DNA from: Candidatus Kapaibacterium sp.
Lineage (GTDB): Bacteria > Bacteroidota > Ignavibacteria > Kapaibacteriales > UBA2268
Length of the DNA: 64,000 nt
NCBI GenBank assembly: GCA_963665665.1
Contig: OY762428.1
Coordinates: forward strand, 4,608,001 to 4,672,000
Direction: 5' to 3'
The notes under the pieces were generated by a model. That model was not told the origin of the DNA, made no database searches, and saw only the letters and a list, made by a program, of their open reading frames with translations. Positions 37,990 through 47,763 of the stretch are shown here, one piece after another. The position numbers were made by a program, and so were the translations under genes. Each line of letters begins with the position of its first letter. Position 1 is the first letter of the stretch.

Positions 37990-40827
37990 CTAACTTATAT
38001 ATTTGTTGACTGAATTAATTAGCTCTTCAAGCGTAAAAGGTTTCTTAAGGAATCCTGCATTGAAGTCATGTAAAATATTTTCAACTCTTTCACTTCTGCC
38101 GAAACCTGAAATTATCATTACTCTAACATCATTTTTAATTTTCACAAGTTTATCCAGCACTTCTTCGCCGGACATATCTGGCATTGACAGATCAAGGATT
38201 ACAAGATTAAAAGTACTATTATTTTTAAATATTTCAACACCTTCTATTCCTCTGGATGCCTGGGTTACATTATACCCCAGATCTTCAAGCATCTCACCAA
38301 CAAGTTCTCGAATGTCCTTTTCATCATCAATGATCAGTATCATTTCCCCTCCGGATGTTTCCTGCACTTTAATGTCCTCGTTATTGTTTAAAATTGTCTT
38401 ATTATTATTTGAAGGTAAATAAATTGTAAAAGTTGTTCCCTTCCCTACAATAGAATTAACTTTTAAAAATCCACGGTGCTGGTTAATTATTTTGTAAACC
38501 ATAGCAAGTCCCAGGCCGCTTCCTTTATTCTTTTTCAATGTATAGAAAGGTTCAAAAATTTTATCAATATTTTCTTTCTTAATGCCAACACCATTATCAG
38601 AAATTGTGATAGTAATGTAATCCGATACGGTATTAAAATCGCTATTCTTTCCAGGAATATTGATCTTTTTAACTTTTTGTACTGTGATATCAATTATTCC
38701 GCCCTGCTTTTCTTTATCTTTTTTCATAATTGTCAGAGCATGACTGGCATTGATCATTATATTCAGCAGGCATTGTTCAATCTGGTTGGAATCCGCTTCT
38801 AAAAATAATTCTTCATCCGGCATTTGATAATTGATTTTTATTGATTTATCGAATGAATTCCGGCATATATCAAGAATGGTGTTTATTGAATTACTCAGAT
38901 CAAACATATTTGTTTTCAAAAGTGATTTTTTTGATAACGAAAGCAGTTGATTAACGACTCCTGAAGCCCTCGAAGCGGAACTTTCCGATATTTGCAGCCT
39001 GGCACTGAGAGTTTCAATATCCGGTTCTCCGCTGTTGATAAGTTTACGCATTATAGAATTTGCAGAAATTATACCTGTTAGTATGTTATTGAAATCGTGG
39101 GCAATTCCAGCTGCAAGTTCGGAAAGAGATTCAAGTTTTTGTGCCTGAATCAATTGCCTGCGATTTATTTCTGATTCACTAACATCGTCAAGACGAATAA
39201 CTATGCCTTTCAAATCCTTCAATAATACAGGATAGAAAGAAATATTAAAGAACATATTTTCAAATTCAGGAAATTCCTGCCTGTATAGATTTAATGGCCT
39301 AAGAGTATTTTGAACGCTATTCAGATTATCCGAGAATTTGTTGAATATTGGCAGAGAATAAAAAAGGTTTTGCCCGCTAATAATATTCGGATCAATTTCA
39401 AAAAAATCGATCAAAGCCTGGTTAACTCTTGAAATTTTCATCTCTGTGTCAACAACTATCAGGCTTGACGGCATAGAGTTAATCAATTCATCAAGATAGT
39501 CGTTGGTTTCTTCGAGTTTTTCCTGAAAAGAAACCATTTGGCTGATATCACTGGAAATTGTAAGTATCGACTTTCTGCCCTGGTAATCGATTATTTTGTT
39601 TGAAGCATGATAAGTTCTTTTATTATTGTTGTTACTCAATTGTATTTCAGATGTACTGATCAAGTCATCCTTATCCATTCTTTTCACTACATCAAGAATT
39701 TGCTTTTTTGAAATCCCGATACCCAGCCTAAGGGGACTTTTCCCGATTACATCAATTTTGTTTTTTTTGTGGTTGCGGAGAAAAGCATCATTGACTTGAA
39801 TGATTTTTAAAGTTTCATAATCAGTTATAATAATTTCATCAGGACTCTGATTAAATACTGTTCGAAAGGCCAGTTCAGATTCTTCAAGTTTTTTTTGTGC
39901 AATATGCTTTTCCTGTAACTCATTTCGTAGTTCCGCCGTTTTCAAATTAATTTGTTTTTTCAGGAACCAGATAAAAATCCAACCGATTACTGCTAAAAAT
40001 ATCAGTGGTATTAAAATCCAGCTAAGCAATTCAAGAGCCCTGCTAAAAGAAAACTCCCTTTCTTCATACACAGCAAACCATTTTTGGTAAATTTTATCAT
40101 ATTGGCCGGTGGTTTTTATGGCCTTCATACCTTCGTTAAGCTTGGCAAGCAGTTTTCTTTCCCCTTTTTGCACTGCAAAGCAATAATCATTTTGCAGGAA
40201 AGGGCTGCCAACAGGAACGATATTATCGATGTTGTTTTCTTCTGTAAATATTGTTCCCTGAATATATGAAACAAATGCGCAATCTCCGACACCCTGCGAT
40301 AGTGCCGGTAGGATCATGTTCCAGTCAACGTAAGTAATTACCGAATCGGAGATAGGATTTTTCATCAGGTATTCATGTGCAACATCAAGTTTTTGAACAA
40401 TGATTTTTTTTCCTATACAATCATTTATTGATTTAATGTCCGAACCCTTGCGAGTGAATATTCTGTAGGACCATGTGAAATGATGGGTGGAGAAATCAAA
40501 GTATTTTAATCGTTCACGTGTTCTGAACATACCGGTAAGGATATCAATTTCCGAGTTAATGAGTTCATCCCTTATTTCATCCCAAGGGCCTGTTTCAATA
40601 GTAATATTCATATCCATCGCTTTAGAAACAGCTTTCAGAATATCAACATTGAAACCGTCGGCAAGGCCCCGGTCATTTTTAAATTCAAAAGGAGCATAAC
40701 TTTCATCTGCTTTTGCAATAAAATGTTCCCCTGATTGAATTTTGCCAAAACCAAGGATAAAAATCAATAGCCAAATATAGAAATTTATTTTATTGTTCAC
40801 GTCCTGTCTAATAGTCGTTTTTTTCAA
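37990..40827 (-). CDS. Hybrid sensor histidine kinase (periplasmic solute-binding domain, PAS, HisKA, HATPase, receiver)
   Basis: YAPFEF..GFNVDI; AGIAHDFNNIL; NIMINA; DNGVGI; GSGLGL; IIDDE..DLSMP..KP. Confidence 0.93.
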   Translation of the reverse strand: MKKTTIRQDVNNKINFYIWLLIFILGFGKIQSGEHFIAKADESYAPFEFKNDRGLADGFNVDILKAVSKAMDMNITIETGPWDEIRDELINSEIDILTGMFRTRERLKYFDFSTHHFTWSYRIFTRKGSDIKSINDCIGKKIIVQKLDVAHEYLMKNPISDSVITYVDWNMILPALSQGVGDCAFVSYIQGTIFTEENNIDNIVPVGSPFLQNDYCFAVQKGERKLLAKLNEGMKAIKTTGQYDKIYQKWFAVYEEREFSFSRALELLSWILIPLIFLAVIGWIFIWFLKKQINLKTAELRNELQEKHIAQKKLEESELAFRTVFNQSPDEIIITDYETLKIIQVNDAFLRNHKKNKIDVIGKSPLRLGIGISKKQILDVVKRMDKDDLISTSEIQLSNNNNKRTYHASNKIIDYQGRKSILTISSDISQMVSFQEKLEETNDYLDELINSMPSSLIVVDTEMKISRVNQALIDFFEIDPNIISGQNLFYSLPIFNKFSDNLNSVQNTLRPLNLYRQEFPEFENMFFNISFYPVLLKDLKGIVIRLDDVSESEINRRQLIQAQKLESLSELAAGIAHDFNNILTGIISANSIMRKLINSGEPDIETLSARLQISESSASRASGVVNQLLSLSKKSLLKTNMFDLSNSINTILDICRNSFDKSIKINYQMPDEELFLEADSNQIEQCLLNIMINASHALTIMKKDKEKQGGIIDITVQKVKKINIPGKNSDFNTVSDYITITISDNGVGIKKENIDKIFEPFYTLKKNKGSGLGLAMVYKIINQHRGFLKVNSIVGKGTTFTIYLPSNNNKTILNNNEDIKVQETSGGEMILIIDDEKDIRELVGEMLEDLGYNVTQASRGIEGVEIFKNNSTFNLVILDLSMPDMSGEEVLDKLVKIKNDVRVMIISGFGRSERVENILHDFNAGFLKKPFTLEELINSVNKYIS

Positions 40828-40878
40828 ACAGAATATAATAAAATTTTATTCATATACAATAATTTTAGTAATGAATAT

Positions 40879-43731
40879 TTACAAATTAATTGTTTTCTGT
40901 GCCATATCTTCAAATGTGCCATCATGAGTTACAATAATTGCCTGTTCAAGATTAGCCAGAATATCCTTCAGCGATTCTGATAATGTTACCCTTCTTTCAA
41001 TATCAAGATTTACAGTTGGTTCGTCGAAAATTGCGAAATTGGCGCGAGTCATCATGGATGCCATAGCTGCCCTGATTGATAAGGCTGCCATGACCTGTTC
41101 GCCGCCTGAAAGCTGCTCGAAAGATCTCATTTCCTCATTGCTGTTGCCTGTACATAAGTAAACCATATAAGATTTACCATTATTGTTTATCCAACGGATA
41201 TATTCAGGCCTTGCACTGATTCTCCTGAAATTCTCTGTTGCTTTTATTTCAATTTCCTTCATCATCCCGGCAGCTACATTTTTTCCCATTGATTGCAGAT
41301 TCTTCCTGAAAACAGATGTTAGTTCTTTTTTTCTAATTAAAAAACCGGAATCGCTTTTGTAATTCCTGATTTTTTCTTTTAACTCGTTGTTTAGTTTGAT
41401 TTTTTGTTTAATTTGTTCAAGGTCTTTTTGGGACGAAGCTAATAGGCTGATTAATTTTTCTTTATTATCTTCAAGTGTTTTTTTCTTTTCGCCGGCAGTC
41501 ACTAATTCATTTTCGTCAAAAGAATTTTCAAGAAGTTTTTTTTCTTTTACGAGATTTTCCATATCCATATTATTGTTTTCAATTTCGATAGATATTTTTT
41601 TACACTCATTCAGGTGTTCATCATATCTTAATGCTTTATCCCTGTTTCCAATATACAAGTCATAGGACGGTTTCAACTTCTTTATTTTATTCGTTAATTT
41701 ATTGAATTTTGCCTCGGTAGCAGGTAATTTTGCCAGATCTTCATGAAAAAATTCTAATGTTTCCCTGTCTTTTTGTATTTCAATATTGATTCTGCTCAAT
41801 AATTTTAATGATTTATCTTTTGCATTCAAAGAATCTATGCAACTGTTATTAATATTATTTTGTTCGATTATCAGTGTGTCTGATTTTTCATCAATAAATT
41901 TTATCCGATTTTCCGATTCTATTTTACTATTATTATATTCTTCGCTGACAATATCAAGTTGACTAATAATTTCAGAGGGATTATTTTGAGTTATTGATGG
42001 ATATTTAGCCCTGAGTTTAATAATTTCATTATCAATATCATTCTGAAGAATTGAAATATTTTTATTTGATAATTCAAGTTCTTTGTCAACAATTTCAATT
42101 TCATGTAATATTTCATTCGTTTTTTTTATATCATTCCTTATTAATTCTAATTTGCTGATAGATTCCTGTTTCTTATTGCTTATCCCGTCAAATAATTTCA
42201 GCTCTTTATCAATTTTATATAATTCTGACTGCAGAGAAATTTCTCTATGGTTGAAATAGTTATCAGTACTTCCACCATCTTTAATATTCAGGCATTCTTC
42301 TTTCAAAAAAGGGCATATACCTGTTGATAATTTCTTTGCTGATCTTTTTAGTTCACTTATCTTAGCGGAAATGATATTTCTGTTTTCTTTAAGTTTATCT
42401 CTTTCAATAATTTTCTTTTCTGTCAGCTCAATTTCTTTACCGAGCTCTTTAATTTTCTTTTCTGCATCTTCAATATCAATTAGAGAATTGCTCAGGGTTT
42501 CTTTCTTATCTTTCAGCCTGTCCTGAGAAATTTTCTCATCATTTGAGGACTTTGAATAAGCAGTAAAATTATTCGAAAAAGATTTTGTGATGTTAATTTC
42601 CTGTTTTAATAATTTAAGTTTTTCATTTACTGAGCCTTTTTCGTCATTTAGCTCTTTTAAGAGTTTCTCTGTTTCAGCCAACCTGTTATTGTTTTCGGTG
42701 ATTTTTTCTTCCAGGTTGCTGATCCTGTTGTTTTCAACATTTATTTTTGAATTAAATTCAATAATTTCTTTTTCAATTCTGTTTTTTTCTTCGTTTAATT
42801 TTCTAAGATGTTCAAGTTTTTTTCCAACATTTTCTGCTTCTTTTTCAATAGATTTATACTTATTATAACTATCCTTGTTTTTGTCAATGATTTCAAGTGA
42901 TCTTGCAGAAGCAGATTTTTCATTTTCTTCCTTTTTTAGAGCTTCTTTTCTTTCAATAATTAGATTTTCCAGCGACGTAATTTCCTGATTGTTTTTTTCC
43001 AATTCTGCTTTGATCCTGGTCATTTCTTTAATGAATTTATTTAATTCAGAAATGCCGGAAATTACTGCATCTTTTTCATTCACAAGGTTATCTATGGTTT
43101 CCTTTAGCTTTTTCTTATTTTCTTTTAATTCCTGCATGTCAGAGATCAGAGGTGTGAGTTCATCAATTTTACTCGTTACTTTTGCTATTTCCACTTCATA
43201 TTTTTTTCCTGCTTCTTTTGCAAAGCCGGACCATATTTTTCCATATATTTCAGTATCAAAAATTTTGTTGAATAATCCTGAACGGCTGGCATTAGTTCCG
43301 AGAAATATTTCAGTGATCTTATTTTGCGAAGCAGATATCAGGTTGTCATAAATATTTTTAGCATTATTCTCTATGCCGGATAACTCAATAGTTTTTTTCA
43401 ATGCATCTTCTCCTTCAAGAAATAATCCCGAGGAATCTGATCTGCGTAATTGCCTTCTTGAGCTGCCGCCAATTCTTATTTCGGAAATATAATCATAACC
43501 ATCATTTGCAGTGAAGTTTACAATTATTGTCCCTGAACTGTTACCATTTCGGACAGCGTCGCTTTTGGTGCCGCGTAAACCTGTATCAAAGAGTGCCAGG
43601 CCAATGGCTTCAAGCACTGACGATTTTCCGGCTCCGTTCGATCCAAGAAGAAGATTAATGCCTTTATCAAATTGTATTGACCTGTCTTCATGGCTGCGAT
43701 AATTTTTAAGTTTCACACTGTTAATTTTCAT
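40879..43731 (-). CDS. sbcC: SbcC/Rad50 SMC-like ATPase
   Basis: GSNGAGKSS, long coiled coil with central CPFLKEEC, LSGGE, FDEPTVNLD, VTH. Confidence 0.9.
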   Translation of the reverse strand: MKINSVKLKNYRSHEDRSIQFDKGINLLLGSNGAGKSSVLEAIGLALFDTGLRGTKSDAVRNGNSSGTIIVNFTANDGYDYISEIRIGGSSRRQLRRSDSSGLFLEGEDALKKTIELSGIENNAKNIYDNLISASQNKITEIFLGTNASRSGLFNKIFDTEIYGKIWSGFAKEAGKKYEVEIAKVTSKIDELTPLISDMQELKENKKKLKETIDNLVNEKDAVISGISELNKFIKEMTRIKAELEKNNQEITSLENLIIERKEALKKEENEKSASARSLEIIDKNKDSYNKYKSIEKEAENVGKKLEHLRKLNEEKNRIEKEIIEFNSKINVENNRISNLEEKITENNNRLAETEKLLKELNDEKGSVNEKLKLLKQEINITKSFSNNFTAYSKSSNDEKISQDRLKDKKETLSNSLIDIEDAEKKIKELGKEIELTEKKIIERDKLKENRNIISAKISELKRSAKKLSTGICPFLKEECLNIKDGGSTDNYFNHREISLQSELYKIDKELKLFDGISNKKQESISKLELIRNDIKKTNEILHEIEIVDKELELSNKNISILQNDIDNEIIKLRAKYPSITQNNPSEIISQLDIVSEEYNNSKIESENRIKFIDEKSDTLIIEQNNINNSCIDSLNAKDKSLKLLSRINIEIQKDRETLEFFHEDLAKLPATEAKFNKLTNKIKKLKPSYDLYIGNRDKALRYDEHLNECKKISIEIENNNMDMENLVKEKKLLENSFDENELVTAGEKKKTLEDNKEKLISLLASSQKDLEQIKQKIKLNNELKEKIRNYKSDSGFLIRKKELTSVFRKNLQSMGKNVAAGMMKEIEIKATENFRRISARPEYIRWINNNGKSYMVYLCTGNSNEEMRSFEQLSGGEQVMAALSIRAAMASMMTRANFAIFDEPTVNLDIERRVTLSESLKDILANLEQAIIVTHDGTFEDMAQKTINL

Positions 43732-44929
43732 TTTTACCTCCATCCAGAATTTTGTCAAGCATTGAGTCGAAGGCATCGAGAAAATCATCTTCCATATTCT
43801 CTGCCTGATATTGCTTTAGCTTAGGGAATACTTCGAAAATATCACCGGAAAATTTTCCTAACTCATCCCATGAAGATATGATTTTCATTTCTATTTCCTC
43901 GATAGTCATCCTTGAAGTATTTTTATCCGCAGAACTGCTGCTGATATCTGATATTCTGACAATTGCTTTCAGTGCCCCAAAGGATTGGATCAAATCTTCT
44001 ATCTCACGAATATCAGGTATCAGGTCTGCTTTGTTCATAATATTACATACAACAATATCCTCATCCTGCTCAATGTCAATTTCGTCCAGTTTTTCCGAAG
44101 CCAATTCATTCAGGCTTTCTATATCTCCGGAATCAAAAACTATTTCAAAGCTGTGTATCTTTCTTTTTTGTGATTGGTGAAATTCAGTATCGAAATTATC
44201 AGTTTCGATTATCCAGAAGCCCTTTTCCTGTTTGTATTCACCATAATCCCAATATTCCGGTGATCCGGATATAAAGAAAAACGGAGATGATTTTGGATAG
44301 GCATTTCGTGAATGGAAGTGTCCTCCGGCAATGTAATCAACTTTTCCTGCAAGCCTGTCAACGGTTTCTTTTTCAATTGTTCCGGGCAGGTAATTATCAC
44401 TGGCAATAGCAGTGTGAACCATTAAAATAACTTTATTATTTTTGTCGTTTTTTGTGCTGATAAAATCGTCGAATTTTATTAACGCTTCACTGCACATCCC
44501 GCCGGGATATCCAAGGCCATAAATATCAACTTCACCGATATTTATTGGTTTAAATACAGGTTCGCCTTCAATATAATCTGTTTTTGGCCTTAGCAGAAGA
44601 CTTTTGTTCTCTAAGTAATTTATCCACGATTCATTCTCTCTTCCGGGTATTATATTGTCATGGTTACCTTCAATGGCAAAGCATTTGATATTATTATCTT
44701 TCAATTTGTTTAGCAGTATTTCCGTTCGCTCAAGTACTTCCGGCTGTAGTTCCTTTCTGTCGAACAGATCCCCTGCAATTAATATGATTTCAATATTATT
44801 ATTAATAGCATAATCAATAATATATTCGAATGCCGTAAAATAATCGTTATATCTTTTTTTTGAAATATCTCCGCTGACACCAGCAGGACGCCTGCCAAGA
44901 TGAATATCCGAACAATGTAATATTTTCAT
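43721..44929 (-). CDS. sbcD: SbcD/Mre11 nuclease
   Basis: SDIHLG, AGDLFD, GNHD, GGHFH, SGSPE. Confidence 0.92.
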   Translation of the reverse strand: MKILHCSDIHLGRRPAGVSGDISKKRYNDYFTAFEYIIDYAINNNIEIILIAGDLFDRKELQPEVLERTEILLNKLKDNNIKCFAIEGNHDNIIPGRENESWINYLENKSLLLRPKTDYIEGEPVFKPINIGEVDIYGLGYPGGMCSEALIKFDDFISTKNDKNNKVILMVHTAIASDNYLPGTIEKETVDRLAGKVDYIAGGHFHSRNAYPKSSPFFFISGSPEYWDYGEYKQEKGFWIIETDNFDTEFHQSQKRKIHSFEIVFDSGDIESLNELASEKLDEIDIEQDEDIVVCNIMNKADLIPDIREIEDLIQSFGALKAIVRISDISSSSADKNTSRMTIEEIEMKIISSWDELGKFSGDIFEVFPKLKQYQAENMEDDFLDAFDSMLDKILDGGKNEN

Positions 44930-45114
44930 GAAAACCCGTGCTTTGTTATTCTCAAGATGCTTTATGCAAAAATAACAAAAATGATGCTGTTTAATACTCA
45001 AAATTATAGACTTCTTTTTCGTATATTTGGAACTTGCGGACAGGCAATTCACTTTCCTGTTCTGTTGTTTTTTTAGTAAAAAAAATGTTAAAAATATTCA
45101 GGTAACAATTCAGT

Positions 45115-46293
45115 ATGAATGACAGCCCGGAAAACAAGGATAAAATTATTGATAATTATGATGGTATTTATTTTGCTGCAATATTGTTCAAGCACAAATG
45201 GTTCATTATCATAACGGTCTTTGTTGTTACTGCCGCCTCGGTGATTATTTCGCTTAATTTAAAAAATGAGTTCAAATCAACAGTAAGTGTTGTTCCGCCC
45301 AAAAGTTCAGCCTCCATGCTTGAAAGTGCTATGGGAAATATTTCCTCAGCTCTGAAAGATTTTGGCCTATCAAAAATTGGCGGGGCCGGGGGAGGGGCAG
45401 GATATGACTTCCAGGTGATTCTTGACAGCCGTTCAATTCAGGACAGCCTGATCAAAGAATTTAACCTGATTCAGAGGTACGAGATTGATGATTCCCTGAT
45501 GCTATATGCCCGCGAGGAGTTGGGAGCGAACCTCGATATTACTTATGAAAAAGAAGGTAACTACACAATTAGCGTCTGGGATACCGATCCTGATACAGCA
45601 AGCATAATGGCTAATTATATTGTTGAACTGGCAAATCGTAAAGGGCTTGAGCTATTCAGGATGGAAGCGAAGGCTAACAGCGAATACCTGTCCGGTAGGA
45701 TGAGATATACTGATTCAATGATGACGATAAAAGCTGATTCCCTGGCAAGATTTTCAAGGGAAAACAGTGTTTATTATCCCGAAGAACAGGCTCGTGCTAT
45801 AAGTGGTGCTTTAGCAGACCTTAAAGCAAAAAAAGTTGAAAGTGAGATTTATTATGAATTATTCAAATCTAATTTTGGAGAGAATGATCCATACACTATG
45901 TTCCAGAAAAAGATTAACGAAGAACTTAAAGAGCAATTAAACGAAATTCAGGATAAACCAGGATTTGCCGGTAATTTCACCATATCGGAAGCTGCCGGGG
46001 TCGGAATTGAATATTTCAGGCTTTATGCAGAAGTAGAAACTTACGGAAAAATTAAGGCTCTTCTTACTCCAATGCTCGAAAAAGCAAAAATCGACGAAAC
46101 ACAAAACAGCATCTCGTTGTTTGTTGTTGATGAAGCTATTCCGGCAGATAAAAAAGACCGGCCCAAGCGTTCATTCATTGTTGCCGGGTCCTGTCTTGGA
46201 TCCTTTATCCTTGCTATAATGTTTGTTGTAATAAAATACTCTGTCAGGAATTTCAGGCTAAAGTATAAAGAATTTGAAAGCAAACTGGGTTAA
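45115..46293 (+). CDS. Polysaccharide co-polymerase (Wzz/GumC-like)
   Basis: Two terminal TM helices, periplasmic coiled coil, VVDEAIPADKKDRPKR before TM2. Confidence 0.85.
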   Translation: MNDSPENKDKIIDNYDGIYFAAILFKHKWFIIITVFVVTAASVIISLNLKNEFKSTVSVVPPKSSASMLESAMGNISSALKDFGLSKIGGAGGGAGYDFQVILDSRSIQDSLIKEFNLIQRYEIDDSLMLYAREELGANLDITYEKEGNYTISVWDTDPDTASIMANYIVELANRKGLELFRMEAKANSEYLSGRMRYTDSMMTIKADSLARFSRENSVYYPEEQARAISGALADLKAKKVESEIYYELFKSNFGENDPYTMFQKKINEELKEQLNEIQDKPGFAGNFTISEAAGVGIEYFRLYAEVETYGKIKALLTPMLEKAKIDETQNSISLFVVDEAIPADKKDRPKRSFIVAGSCLGSFILAIMFVVIKYSVRNFRLKYKEFESKLG

Positions 46294-46296
46294 AAT

Positions 46297-47751
46297 ATGC
46301 CGGCAAATGCATTCACTGCAATAATAGGCGCTCAGATTAAGGCGAACAGTCCTGTTGGAAAGATTGCTGCAGCTATAATGATAGCTGTTCTTGTCGGCTT
46401 GATTTTTGTTGCAACCGAAATTTCACTCGCCGGTTACGGAATTCTTGGAGCTATTGCAGTAATGCCGGTTATTGCTCTTGCATTATTTTATCCGCGTGTT
46501 TGGTTATATGGAGTGGCACTGCTCGGTATAGCATATTTCAGGGGGAGCAGCCAGGGAGTATCAGCTGTTGATGTGCTTAGCGGGCTTGTTCTTGCAGGTA
46601 GTTTGTTTGCATGGATAGTATGGCGGGTGGCAGTAAACAAAAAACGCCTGATCTATAATTCTATTGACTGGGTTTTACTGATATTGTTTTTACTTATTCC
46701 ATTTAATTTGATAATTGCTTTGCTAAACGGGGTAGAGCTTCTTGACTGGCTTCGGGAATATATTCGGTTTTCCATGGTTCTTTTCTATTTTCCTGTAAGA
46801 GAGTACTTCCGGGAAAAGAAATATCTGCTCAGGTTTTTAATAATTTATGCTTTTGTTGTTTTGGCTCTGGATTTTTTTCAGTTTTATGCTTACTACAAGG
46901 CCGCATTTTCGAATCTTGTATATGCATATCAGCTCGGTAGTTCTGTAAGGATTAACCAGGTAATATTTACAACTGCTTCGATGTTTGGGATTGTTTTTGC
47001 ACTGTATGCCCCAAAAAGATGGCTTAGACTAACACTGATAGTTTTTTCCGCTCTTACCTTTTCAGCTTTGTTAGTATCTTTTTCCAGGGCTTTCTGGCTT
47101 ATTTTTATGGCAGAATTTATTCTTCTATTCTTTTATATTTCATACCAACAAAAGAAAAGGTATCTTCTTACTTCTTTTGTAATATCAGTTATATTAACTG
47201 CTTCAGCTTTTGTATTGTTCGGTGATAAAGTAGTTTTTGTTTATAAATTGGTAGAAAAGCGGTTAACATCATCTACAAAAGGAACTAAGGATATTTCTCT
47301 TCAATCCAGATTGAACGAGTGGGAAAAAGCTATATTCCACATAGCTGAAAATCCTCTTGGCGGAAATGGTTTTGCGAAGGAATTTCAATTTTATAACCCG
47401 ATAACGCAATCAACAAAACACACAAATTTTATTCATAACGCATATATATTCCTTACTTACCGTTTGGGAATTCCTATGGCTCTTTGCTTTTTTGCAGTAA
47501 TGCTCTATTTTCTGTTTATTGGCGAACAAATATCAAGGAAATCTCCAGACGATTTTTTTAAAAAAGTTGCAATTGGCGGAACTGCCGGTGTTTTGACTAT
47601 ATTGTCAACATCGTTCATAACATCAAATATTTTCGAGAGAGACGGTAGTTTTACAATTGCTATTTCTTTGGCCTGCATAGCAATAGCCAGGGATTATCTG
47701 CGTGATAATAAAATATTTGCATTAAAGGATAAAAAACTATATAATAAATGA
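46297..47751 (+). CDS. O-antigen ligase/polymerase family membrane protein
   Basis: Multiple TM segments; SFSRAFW, SR..EW, PLGGNG, HNAY motifs. Confidence 0.87.
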   Translation: MPANAFTAIIGAQIKANSPVGKIAAAIMIAVLVGLIFVATEISLAGYGILGAIAVMPVIALALFYPRVWLYGVALLGIAYFRGSSQGVSAVDVLSGLVLAGSLFAWIVWRVAVNKKRLIYNSIDWVLLILFLLIPFNLIIALLNGVELLDWLREYIRFSMVLFYFPVREYFREKKYLLRFLIIYAFVVLALDFFQFYAYYKAAFSNLVYAYQLGSSVRINQVIFTTASMFGIVFALYAPKRWLRLTLIVFSALTFSALLVSFSRAFWLIFMAEFILLFFYISYQQKKRYLLTSFVISVILTASAFVLFGDKVVFVYKLVEKRLTSSTKGTKDISLQSRLNEWEKAIFHIAENPLGGNGFAKEFQFYNPITQSTKHTNFIHNAYIFLTYRLGIPMALCFFAVMLYFLFIGEQISRKSPDDFFKKVAIGGTAGVLTILSTSFITSNIFERDGSFTIAISLACIAIARDYLRDNKIFALKDKKLYNK

Positions 47752-47763
47752 TAAAAATATTCT

